Shown here: positions 48,444 to 60,313 of the stretch, one piece after another
Numbering within the stretch: the first letter of the stretch is position 1
Layout of the letters: the number at the start of each line of letters is the position of its first letter
DNA from: Blepharisma stoltei ATCC 30299
Taxonomy: Eukaryota > Protista > Ciliophora
Length of the DNA stretch: 64,000 nucleotides
Reading direction: 5' to 3'
Assembly (NCBI GenBank): GCA_965603825.1
Contig: CBFDEM010000042.1
Location: forward strand, 1-64,000
The notes under the pieces: model-generated
Databases searched by the model: none
Told to the model about the DNA's origin: nothing
The model's input: the letters and a program-made list of their open reading frames with translations, nothing else
Position numbers and translations under genes: made by a program

Positions 48444-51400
48444 TTAATTAAAATTATCTCTTAAATTCCTAAACAAAGAATCCCTAGAAAGCAGCTCTTT
48501 GGGACTCCCCATTTCAGCTACAATCCCATCTTTCATGACCCAAATCACATCATTTTCCATAACAGTCCCTAACCTGTGTGCAATAGTCAGTATCGTGCAC
48601 CCTTTAAATTTATTTTTAACGACTTCTTGGATTTTTAAATCATTGTCTTGATCAATCCCAGCAGTCGCTTCGTCAAATAAAATAATTTTTGTATGGGCCA
48701 GCATTGCTCTACCTAAGCTTATAAGCTGTCTTTCACCAGCTGACAGATTAGACCCGTCTGACTTTATTTCATAATCAATAGAAAACTTTGACAAATTCAC
48801 TTCCCTTAGCGCCTCTTGTATTTCTTCATGGCTTTTTATTTTGCAGGGATCCAAGTTATCTCTTAGATCCCCAGAAAATACTAATGGGTCTTGAGGGACA
48901 AGGGTTATTGCAGATCTCAGCTTGTGCAGCCCAATCATAGCAATATTGACGCCGTCAATAAAAATTGTCCCAGCATGAAGCTCAACTAAGCGTAAAAGGC
49001 ATAAATAAATAGATGATTTCCCGCTGCCAGTCCTCCCAACTAGTCCTGCTCTTGTCCCAGCTTCAATAAATAGGTTTACTCCTTGCAAAACAAGAGGAGT
49101 ATTTAGTCTATATTTCATATAGACTTCTTTAAATTGAATAGACGGCTGACTAGGCCAGTCCTGTAAATTTTTGTCTGATGATATTTCATTAGGATTTTCT
49201 GAAATTATATCTATGTACTGTTTAGCCCTTTCTACAGCAATAATCTGGTTTTCTAAGTTCGCTCAGTCCCCTACGAGTCTTAAGATGTTGTGAGGCAAAG
49301 GCACAACATACGCAAGAGACAGTCCTACAATGTCAATTGGGACATTATACCTAAAAATAATTACAAGTGAAAATAACACCCACAGGACAGTTGAACTTAG
49401 CAGCCCTAAAGTCACTGAAAGCCAGCATTTGCAAGCAGCTTGTGAGTACAATAATCTTGAATTTGAATTAATTAGACGATAATTTTTCTGTTTAAAGTTT
49501 TCGTTCTGCTGAAAAGTCCTGATGATTTTTATTCCTGAAACAGTTTCTGCATAATGATTAAGGATTGGAGAGTTCGAAATAGCCTCAAATCTCCTTAGCT
49601 CTCTTGCCGCACTTAAATATAGCTCTTTTATCTGTAAAGAATAATATACTAAAAAAGGCAGTAATAGGGTAATAATAGGGAAATATATTAAGCCTATAGT
49701 CACCATTGAAGCTACCTGACAGGTTTGAGCTATAACAGCAGCCATTGCGCCTGATATATTTTCATCGATAGAGTTTAGATCCTTATTAAGCCTATTCAAA
49801 ATCCTGCCTATTGGTGTTACATCGTAAAAAAGGTTTACTGGAGCTTTAATAAAAGACTCAATCATTTTGTGATGCACAAATTTAGACGCGCTGATTCCTA
49901 CAACTGCCATCATTAATAAAGCTCGAATATAAGAAAAAATGTTTCCTCCAACTCTGAACAGTAAATATAAAGGTAAATATTCATCAATTCCGTCAGGGTT
50001 TGTGGTCCAATTTTTTAATATGATGTCTCCTATCATACGAGTTATAGCTCACAGTACCATTGATAAGACTGCAAGAAATGGAAAAAAATAGCCTCCAGAA
50101 AATTTAAAATAGTCAATATATAAATGGCTGTTAATTCGTCCGAGGACTTTTTCTTCTTTTTCGATTAATTTTGATTGCTGAGGTGCTGGCTCTTCTATTT
50201 CAACTCTACTAGTTTCTTTGATTTCTTCTATTATTTTAATTTTGTCAGGAGAAGAGTCATTTTTAATAGAACCATTTTGAAGTAAAATGACCCGGTCAAC
50301 TTTATTTAAAATATTTAGGCGGTGTGTAACTAAAATCCTCGTTTTTTGAGATAATACGTTTAAAAAGCATTTGTTCATGATATATTTTGCAACATAAGTA
50401 TCTACTGAGCTTAAAGGGTCGTCTAATAAATAAATGTCTTTGTCTGCATAAACAGCTCTTGCAAGGCAAATTCTTGCTTTTTGGCCTCCACTGAGATTTA
50501 TCCCTCTTTCCCCAATTTCAGTTAAATCTTTATTTGGCAGAGAATTTATGTCTTGGATTAGGCAGCAGGCATCAAGCACTTTTAAATACCAAGCCTCATT
50601 GTAAGGCTTTCCAAACAAAATATTATTTTTCAAAGTATCATTCTGTATCCACGAATCTAGTGACGGGGCATATGCAATATTATCAGGGACATTAATAAAT
50701 CCTTCTTTTATCTTCAACTCTCCCATAATACTATTCAGCAGTGACGATTTCCCGCTCCCCACTTCTCCAACAACCGCCACAAACTCCCCTTGTTTTACCT
50801 CAAGACTAATATTTTTCAAAATATTTTTGTCCCCATAGGCAAAAGTGCAATTTTTCATCAAAATTTTGTCACCTTTATTCGGTTCGTCTAAATCAGGCAA
50901 ATCAATCAAACTTTGTACTCTCCTGACGCTTACAACACATATTAGCAGTTGAGATACTAGTCATGATAAATCCTGCAAAGAATCTTGTAATAAAAGCAGC
51001 GTGGTTAAGGTAACGAATGCGATTTCTGGGTCAAGTTTTTCTTTCATAACTACTGTATAATATACAAAAACAATAGCAGCTGTGATACTAGGTATCACTC
51101 AGAAAAAGAACCTAGAAGTTGCAAGAAAAAGCTTTATTAACCGTAAAATACTTAACTCACTTGCCCTGATGCTGTTTATTTTTGTCTTAAATACGTTTTC
51201 TCATACACAAGCTTTAATCATTTTTATATTAGTCAGCATTTGTGTGCTGGCTTCTATACGTTTGTCTCGGTGTGACATAATCCTGATAGAAAATCGCTGG
51301 ACTCTTCGAGCAATAAACATGTCCATAGCAATGCATATAATTAAAGTCCCAAGGGCAGCAAATACAGCATTTCCTACTTGTTGATAGATTATATACATTG

Positions 51401-52034
51401 ATATCCCAGCTTGCATAGGGCAAGTAATAAACATATTTAAATCTCTAAGACCTTCATAGATTTTTCTGACGTCAACCATAAGGATATTTACTCCTAAGTT
51501 ACTAGGAATTGAGGCTGCTTTTAAGAGTTTTGAATAAATTACGTTTGATAATGAGCTTTTTACCTTTAATTCTATCAATTGGTTAGTTCATGAAAATCGG
51601 CCTTTTACAAGCTGATTTATTAATGTGACAAATATATAGCCAAGTAATAAATAAAGTCCTATAGATAATGGTTTTTCTTCAGATTTTAGATATGCAATGA
51701 GGAGCTTAATAAAAATAGGGGATGAGAAGTCAAAGACTACAACAATGTTTCCAAGGATAGTGACTAATAAGAGGAGCTTTCAGTTTGATAAAAATAATGC
51801 TTTAAATAGGCGGTGCTTTGAAATGTAGGTGGTTAAATTTTCGTGCTCTATTAAATGTTCATCAGGAAGAATGGGGATGTCATCTTGCTCAAGCTTCAGA
51901 TTTTTTCCTAATAAAAGCATGGGCTTTACTCATGTAAAAAAAAGCATAGAGAAAAATCCTGGAGATCGGGAAGGGACTGGGATATAAGGGACAGTGATTT
52001 TTCTTTGTGGCCCAATTTCTTGAAGCTCGAGCAT
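48444..52034 (-). CDS. ABCC/MRP-type full ABC transporter, paralog 3 (1196 aa)
   Basis: ATG 52034 (MLELQEI); ORF pieces 51201, 50049, 49263 and 48444 are all in frame, separated by TGA. Confidence 0.9.
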
Positions 52035-52402
52035 TTTAATTTAAATAATCAATATTTTTCAGATAATTATTTACATTAATTATAAAAGTTCTGAATAATA
52101 AATTAAATATATAAATCTAAACAATCTCATTTTACTTCTTACTCCCCAATCTTTGGACCTTGGCACATCTCCTGGCTTTAAGATCGATTCAAGTGTAATA
52201 CAAAATGCTAAATATATCTCTTTCTTTTTTCTTCATGAATTTCGAGAGATAGACTTTAAGCGAAATCCCAAAAAGACATTTTTCTTTATAAACAAATAAC
52301 TAATTTGAGCCCTATTATTTTTGAGTTATGTACAAACTTTTTAAATTTAAATATTTTCTGATGAAGAAAATAAAATTTTAGATCAAAGCATATAATTAAG
52401 CA

Positions 52403-52475
52403 TCAGGGGTAGCTCAGTGGTAGAGCGTTCGACCAGCAAGACGATCGGCCCCAGGTTCAAATCCTGGTCCCTGAC
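52403..52475 (+). ncRNA. tRNA-like gene C (73 nt) with aberrant anticodon arm
   Basis: TCAGGGG-TA-GCTC-AGTGGTA-GAGC-GTTCGACCAGCAAGACGATC-GGCC-CCAGG-TTCAAAT-CCTGG-TCCCTGA-C, then TATTTTT. D and T arms are nearly identical to gene A; the loop contains no U at all (no U33). Confidence 0.85.
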
Positions 52476-52693
52476 TATTTTTCTCCTTCATAAAATTTTT
52501 TATAAGATACACTTTTATATTTCCACTTATTAATTGCTTATAAAATATAATCAAAAGTAAGCCTCGATTTATTTCCGATTTTGGCTCCTTTTTGTTCTAA
52601 AGCCAAGCTAATTCTTGTTAAGTTTATTTAATCTACACACCATCATAAAATCCATGGAAATCTAAAGCATCTTTTATTTAATACATAAAACTA

Positions 52694-53638
52694 ATGTCTC
52701 AAGCTGTCGAAAATCCCTTTGAAGAAAATCTTCAATTTGAAGAAAGCCCAAAATTCGGAGAAGCTTCACCGAAAAGGGACAGCGAAGGTAGTCTATATGA
52801 CAATTATGGGCTTAGCAAGCCAGAAGAAGTTGTTGAGTATGAAAATGCCATGAATGAAGTTTCTGAAAAACTTTCCAAGGCCAGCGAGTACGTTGAATCT
52901 CTCAAACAGAAAAAAGTCAAGCACCAAAAGGAGCTAGAAATGTAAAACTTATTCAGACTTGAGCAAGAAAGCGAATCATTTTTATATGAAAATGAGTCTG
53001 TCAAGAAAAAAATTGAAGCAATGGAAAAAGATTTAAATCAGCTTCAAATTTCCCAAAAACGCACAGCAAGCACACATGCATCAATAAGCCCTTCAGAACA
53101 GAACTTTTCACTAGTAAGCAACGACAGCTCAAAAAGTGAGTCTAATACTGTTAACGCACTCAAAGCGCAAATTGCTGAACTTAAAAAAGTTTTTCAAAAT
53201 CAAGAACAAGCTTTACAGAAATTCCAGCATATAGTACAAGAAACTAATGAAGACAATGAACAATTTAATAACTTTTTAGGAGGATTTGAAAACGATAGAA
53301 GCAAAGTGTCGTTTCTAATGAATTCTTTTGCACTGAGAAAAAGCATGTTTGTAGATGGACCTTCTATTATTCCAATGTCTCCTGTTTTGAAGGCTGATGA
53401 CGATTCTTCTTTATTTGCGAGCAGCTTGTTGGGATTTGAGTCTGATTCGGAATTTGTAGATGAAGAAGGGAGCAAAATTTTAATAAATCTTAGTGATGAA
53501 GAAGAAACGCCAAAGAAAAAGCCTAAGAAGCCTGAAACTCCAGTGAAGTTATACAGAAGAGATAGACATATCAGAAGACCAAGGAGCTTGATCGAAAAGA
53601 TAATGTTCAGATCACATCTCTGCTTATTCCATATATAG
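52694..53638 (+). CDS. Coiled-coil protein (~309 aa); one 15-nt intron (52942-52956)
   Basis: Intron gtaaaacttattcag contains the ORF-track stop; splicing joins 52694..52945 to 53021..53638 in frame. Confidence 0.82.
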
Positions 53639-54132
53639 CTTAGAGATATGATAATTTATTATAAGATAAATTAGTAATAATTAAAAAATGCTTTGATGAG
53701 AAATAGTTAAATGAAAACGATATTTAGAGCATAGGTTTAGTAAATGAGAAAATCTCGAGTGATAAACTTTCGATTTTGGCAAGAAATGCTTTATAAGCTA
53801 AGAATAGATAGCTAGATATAAATAAAGAATTACTCAGAAAGGACCGCTTATAATTCACGCTCATCTTTTCAGCAAAAAGTGTTGCAGTCTTTTCTCACAA
53901 AAGTTTGAGTCAATTTCAAGCTAATCAACTCGTCAGCGAAGTAAACATTTTAAAATCTGCACATGAGGCATTCATTAATTATTGGTAGAATAAGCAAATA
54001 TATCTCCGTGGTTTAAGGATATGCAATTAATCATTTTTTTTAGATACTCTATTTTACAACCCTGTAAGATCGACATATTTTATCGGTAATGCGTCTTAGC
54101 TGTATAAATTAATTGTGATATAATTGTAAAAT

Positions 54133-54939
54133 ATGAATACGATAAGATGCTATGAGCCAGCGTGTGACGGTGAGGCTGAGCTTTTATGTAACTGCACTTC
54201 ACCTGTGACTTATTCTTGTGAAAATCATATGCTGAAGCATTATAAATCAAGCAGCCCTCATAATTTTAGCTCAATCTTTGTAGAGCCTGTTGAAGGCACA
54301 AAAGAAGCAATTCTTCAGTTTCTTGCAGAAGAAAAGTCAAAAATTGAAAAAATTAAGGCAAATATAATCGAATCCTTTGCTCAAACTCTTAGATTATTAA
54401 GCAGAAGAAAAAAAGCTTTGGAATGCTTGCAAGAAGCTATCAGAATTGATCCAAATGATGCTGATGCACACAATTGAATAGGAGTTATTTTAGGAAATGA
54501 AAATAAATGTGAAGAAGCAGTAAAATATCACAACAAAGCAATTAGAATCAACCCAAACTGTTCACTTTATTATAATGATAAAGGATATGCTCTATATAGA
54601 TTAGGCAGAATAGAAAAAGCTATTGATTATTTAGAAAAAGCTATCAGAATTGATCCAAATAATGCTAATTCAATCAATAACATAGGAAATATCTTAACAA
54701 ATGAAAAGAGATATGAAGAAGGAGTAAAACAATTTAGCGAGGCAATTCGAATCAACCCTAACTCTGCAAATTATTATTATAATAAAGGATATGCTCTTAA
54801 AGAGTTAGGCAGAAGAGAAGAAGCTATGGAATCCTATAAAGAAGCTATCAGAATTGATCCAAATTATCCTGTTTCATACAGTTGCAAAGAATTTATCTCA
54901 GAAAATGAAAAGAGACAGTTAAAGTGCACTTTATTTTAG
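54133..54939 (+). CDS. Zn-finger (B-box-like)-TPR protein, short paralog (268 aa, ~5 TPR) ending in CaaX (CTLF)
   Basis: TGA 54475 read as Trp; N-terminal C-x4-C-x7-C-x-C-x7-C-x2-H-x3-H; TPR repeats; ends ...QLKCTLF-TAG. Confidence 0.82.
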
Positions 54940-55029
54940 TTAATCTTATCAAGAATAAAGATATATCAATAGAGTTCGTACTTTTTAGCACATTATATAT
55001 AGATTTATTTAATATAAAATAAAAAAAAT

Positions 55030-55600
55030 CGCTAGTCCTAGGCATGGGAAGCGTTTTTTCTATATATTGTTCTAGCCTTTCTATATTAAGTCTAAGCTTC
55101 TCACATTTATTTCGGGAATATTCACGTTTTTAGTTGAGTTTTTTTTTCAAGGGTATTAGCTTTTAGGAATAATGTATGAGCTATAGTAAAATATATAATT
55201 GCTGTTTTGCTTCCTCTTTAGATTTTGCTTTCTTTTATTCGTTTATTTGATTTTAAAAGTAAAAAATTAGCATCGCGGTCAGAAAGCCCTCTGAATCAGT
55301 GTCAACTTGATTTAAGACGACTCAGCCCATGCTTCTTTATGAGAAGGTGTTTGGCTTAATTCCAGTTTAAGCTTGGAGATATTATTATTTCTTCATATCA
55401 GCAGCTGCTGATCTTTCATTTAATTCAATTTGAATTTCTTGTTTAGTGGCTTGTTTTCTTTAAATTGGCTTTCTAAAAATTACTGATTTCTACAAACCAT
55501 TTGATTATAAAATTCTGCGTCTGTTTTTTGTCTATATAATTGAGCAATGTGCGATAGCAGAAAATCTGATAGTCACTTGGATCAATTTTGATTGCTTCAA
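55030..55600 (-). pseudogene. Decayed gene fragment X, copy 1 (inverted relative to copy 2 at 60314-60776)
   Basis: Colinear similarity to the reverse complement of 60314-60776, e.g. ttagcatcgcggtcagaaag vs ttagcatcgtggtcagaaag and gctagtcctaggcatgg vs gctagtccctggcatgg. Contains a residual EAIKIDPSD / KAIELDPSD TPR-like peptide. Confidence 0.6.
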
Positions 55601-55666
55601 TCGATCTATAATTTTTTTCTGGGTAAATCTCTAATTTTTTTTAAAAACAATTATATATAAATTGTA

Positions 55667-56065
55667 TAGCCAATTTTCTATTGAGTGAAGAATGAAGAAG
55701 CTGCTGATGCAGTATGGAGCTAATGAAACAATTGAAAATTAGTGCAGTCAGAGAAACACCTGTAAAAGTATTTTTAGTGAAGAATTTTCAGAAAAGCCAC
55801 CTATGACTGTAAAATTTATAAAGGTGACGATTTATGTTGGATTGAACAAAAAAATCAAGTAGGAGGAAATAGGGGAAAAGATAGAAGTAATGAGGCTTTA
55901 CGAATAAAATCTCTAATAAGAAAAGTATTTTAGTAATAGCTAATCACTTATGAACAAGAGCTTTAAAGGAAAGAAAACGTTTAAATTTCAATTTTGTAGC
56001 CTATATGAAGAATTTGGAATCGGGCTAATTCGTGATTTTACGTATTTTACCTTTTAATTAGTATA
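55667..56065 (+). pseudogene. Truncated copy of the 3' half and 3' flank of the ankyrin gene at 4394-4972
   Basis: Aligns to the reverse complement of ~4274-4685 (gaagaagctgctgatgcag..., cagaaaagccacctatgactgtaaaatttataaagg, tagctaatcacttatgaa), with indels and no 5' exons. Confidence 0.85.
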
Positions 56066-56241
56066 AGTTTGCAATGTAAAAGTAATAAATTTTGTTAAAT
56101 GTTATATTAATAAATCTATATATTATATACTCATAAAAACATCTTTTAATGTTGATAAGATTAAGCATTTATAAATTTTTGCTTTGTTAAGGCATTAATA
56201 GTTTTTCTCTTCTGCCTAACTTATGTATGAAAAGTGTGTTT

Positions 56242-59200
56242 TTATTTTCCGAAAGAGCTCTGTGTCTTTTGTGCATAAGCATAATTTTCAAAATATATTA
56301 TAGCTTCTTTATAGTATTCAATAGCTTCTTCTGTTCTGCCTAATAATCTAAGAGCATTTCCTTTATTTGAATAATAAAATGCACAGTTTGGGTTGATTCT
56401 GATTGCATCGTTGTAATGTTTCACTGCTTCTTCATATCTATTTTCATTAAAGAAGATAAGCCCTATTCAATTGTATGCAAATGAATAATTTGGATCAATT
56501 CTGATAGCTTCTTTATAGCATTCCATAGCTTCTCTGTTCAGCCTAACTCATATAGAGCATCTCCTTTATTTGCATAAAAATGTGCATAGTTTAGGTTGAT
56601 TCTAATTGCATCGTTGTAATATTTCACTGCTTCTTCATATCTCTTTTCATCATAGAAGAGAAGTCCTATGCTATTGTCTGCATTAGCATTATTTGGATCA
56701 ATTCTGATAGCTTTTTTATAGCATTCCATAGCTTCTTCTCTTCTGCCTAATAATCTAAGAGCAGTTCCTTTATTTGAATAATAAATTGCAGAGTTTGAGT
56801 CGGTTCTAATTGCATCGTTAAAATGTTTTAATGCTTCTTCATATCTCCTTTCTTTAAAGAAGATATTTCCTATGCAATTGTAAGCATATGCATAATATGG
56901 ATCAATTCTGATAGTTTCTTTATAGCATTCCATAGCTTCTTTTCTTCTGCCTAATTCATCTAGAGCAACTCCTTTATTTGAATAATAAAGTGTTTTGTTT
57001 GGGTTTATTCTAATTGCATTGTTATAATATTTTATTGATTCTTCATATCTCTTTTTATTATAAAAGAGAAGTCCTATGCCATTGTATGCATTAGCATAAT
57101 ATGGATCAATTCTGATAGCTTCTTTATAGCATTCCATAGCTTCTTCTCTTCTGCCTAAATCTCTAAGAGCAGCTCCTTTTTTTGAATAATATTTTGCATC
57201 GTTTGGGTCGATTCTAATTGGATCGTTATAATGTTTCGCTGCTTCTTCATATCTATTTTCATAACAGAAGATATCTCCTATTTCATTGTATGCAGATAAA
57301 TTATTTGGATCAATTCTGATAGCTTCTTTATAGCATCCCATAGCTTCTTCTCTTCTGCCTAATAATCTAAGAGCAGTTCCTTTATTTGAATAATAAACCG
57401 CAGAGTTTGAGTCGATTCTAATTGCATCGTTAAAATGTTTTAATGCTTCTTCATATCTCCTTTCTTTAAAGAAGATATTTCCTATGCAATTGTAAGCATA
57501 TGCATAATATGGATCAATTCTGATAGTTTCTTTATAGCATTCCATAGCTTCTTTTCTTCTGCCTAATTCATCTAGAGCAACTCCTTTATTTGAATAATAA
57601 AGTGCATTGTTTGGGTTGATTCTAATTGAATCGTTGTAATGTTGTACTGCTTCTTCATATCTCTTTTCATTATAGAAGATATCTCCTATATCATTGTATG
57701 CAGATGAATTATTTGGATCAATTTTGATAGCTTTTTTATAGCATTCCATAGCTTCTCCTCTTCTGCCTAACTCTATAAGAGCATTTCCTTTTTTTGAATA
57801 ATAAAGTGCACAGTTTGGGTTGATTCTGATTGCATCGTTGTAATGCTTTGCTGCTTCTTCATATCTCTTTTCGTTTTCTAAGATAATTCCTATTCTATTG
57901 TATGTTATAGAGTTATTTGGATCAATTCTGATAGCTTCTTTATAGCATTTCATAGCTTCTTTTTTTCTGCCTAATTCATCTAGAGCAACTCCTTTATTTA
58001 AATAAAGTGTAGAGTTTGGGTTGATTCTAATTGCATCGTTAAAATATTTTATTGCTTTTTCATATCTCCTTTTATCTCAGAAGATAAACCCTAAGCCATT
58101 GTACGCAGATACATCATTTGGATCAATTCTGATAGCTTCTTTATAGCATTTCATAGCTTGTCCTCTTCTGCTTAACTCTCTAAGAGCATTTCCTTTATTT
58201 GAATAATAAAGTGATTCGTTTTGGTTGATTCTAATTGCATTGCTATAATATTTTATTGCTTCTTCATATCTATTTTCATTTGCAAAGATAAATCCTATGC
58301 TATTGTATGCATAAGCATAATTTGGATCAATTCTGACAGCTTCTTTATAGCATTCCAGAGCTTCTTCTCTCCTGCCTAACTCTCTAAGGGCATATCCTTT
58401 ATTTTTATAATAAAGCGCTTTGTTTGGGTTGATTCTAATTGCATCGTTGTAATGTTTCACTGCTTCTTCATATCTATTTTCATTATAAAAGAGAAATTCT
58501 ATCCCTTTTTGTCCATGAGCATAATTTGGATCTATTCTAGTAGCTTCTTGTGAGCATTCCATAGCTTCTTCTCTTCTACCTAACTCATATAGAGCATCTC
58601 CTTTATTTGAATAATAAGCTGCACAGTTTGGGTTGATTCTAATTGCATCGTTGTAATGTTTCACTGCTTCTTCATATCTTTTTTCATCATAGAAGAGAAG
58701 TCCTATACCATTATCTGCATTATCATAATTTGGATCAATTCTGATAGCTTCTTTATAACATTCAATAGCTTCTTCTCTTTTACCTAACTCTCTAAGAGCA
58801 TTTCCAATATTTGAATAATAAATTGCAGAATTTGGGTTGATTCTAATTGCGTCGTTGTAATGTTGTGCTGCTTCTTCGTATCTCTTTTCATTAAAGAAGA
58901 TAACTCCTATGCCATTGTATGCAGATGCATTATTTGGATCAATTCTGATAGCTTCTTTATAGCATTCCATAGCTTCTTCTCTTCTGCTTAATTCATATAA
59001 AGCATCTCCTTTATTTGAATAATAAAGTGCATTGTTTGGGTTGATTCTAATTGCGTCGTTGCAATGTTGTACTGCTTCTTCATATCTCTTTTCATTAAAG
59101 AAGATAATTCCTATGCCATTGTATGCATATGCATTATTTGGATCAATTCTGATAGCTTCTTTGTAGCATTCCATAGCTTCTTCTCTTCTGTCTAACTCGC

Positions 59201-60200
59201 CTAGAGCAGCTCCTTTATTTGAATAATATTTTGCATCGTATTGGTTGATTCTAATTGCATCGTTGTAGTGCTTCACTGCTTCTTCATATCTCTTTTCATC
59301 ATAGAAGATAAATCCTATTTCGTTGTATGTATAAGCATTATTTGGATCAAGTCTGATAGCTTCTTTATAGCATTTCAGAGCTTCTTCTCTCTTGCCTAAA
59401 TGCCTAAGAGCAGCTCCTTTATTTGAATAATAAGTTGCACAGCTTGGGTTGATTCTAATTGCGTCGTTGTACTGTTGTACTGCTTCTTCATATCTATTTT
59501 CATTTAAGAAGATAGCCCCTATGCCATTGTATGCATCAGCATAATTTGGATCAATTCTGATAGCTTCTTTATACTCGCTTAATACTTGCTGCAACGTATC
59601 CTCTTTATTTTCAAAGTTCGTATGAATGTTTTTCAATTCAAAATTGATTTCATATGGAGTAACTTTGGACTTTTCTTCGTGAAAGCTCTTAATAACTGCA
59701 TCAATTTGTTTATTTAATTCAGATAATAACCCGATATTATTATTTGATATTACTGTAAAAATTGTTTTAGCTTTTTCAACAGCTATATTTGTCTGCAAGA
59801 CTAACAAATTTAAGGCTGAATCATACCTTATATACGAGTGTTTTTGTGCTTGCCTTACTTTTTCGGCGTAGCTGCCAATTTCTAAAGAATAAGAGTTGAT
59901 TTCTTTTACAAGTTGTTTAAGGATATTGTTACAACCAGAAAGAGTTTGAGTAAAGGATATGATTATATTTGCCTTAATTTTGTCAATTTTTGATTTTTTT
60001 TCTGAAAGAAAGTGAAGAATTGCTTCTCCTGTGCCTTTAAAAGGCTCTACAACAATTTTGCTGACATGATGAGGATTGTCGCTAGATTCTATATGCTCCA
60101 GAATATGATTTGTGCAAATATAAGTCGCAGGTGAAGTGCAATTGCATAAAAGCTTAGCCTCACTATCACACGTTGGCTCATAGCATCTTATCGTGCTCAT
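56242..60200 (-). CDS. Zn-finger/coiled-coil/TPR protein, long paralog (~32 TPR); apparent 1-nt frameshift near 56533
   Basis: ORFs 58077..60200 and 56538..57953 are in frame through TGA. After GGC TGA ACA one base is missing relative to the repeat consensus, giving TAG at 56463-56465, while the TPR frame continues to TAA 56242. Confidence 0.85.
56270..59575 (-). repeat. Coding tandem repeat, 204-bp unit (two alternating 34-aa TPRs)
   Basis: The anchors tttggatcaattctgatagcttc and gggttgattctaattgcatcgtt recur every 204 nt. Confidence 0.93.
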
Positions 60201-60313
60201 ATTTTACAATTATATTACAGTTAATTTAATCAGCTAAATGCATTATCGATGAAATATGTAGATGCTTAGATATTTACACAAAAAGAAATTATAAAGCGAT
60301 GAGTGTTTAATTA

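Noticed and set aside
6024-52034. Many genes apparently broken by stop codons (pseudogenes or selenoproteins)
   Set aside because: Breaks are TGA at conserved Trp positions or stops inside 15-nt introns. Frames are otherwise intact, and the TGAs are not at catalytic Cys positions.
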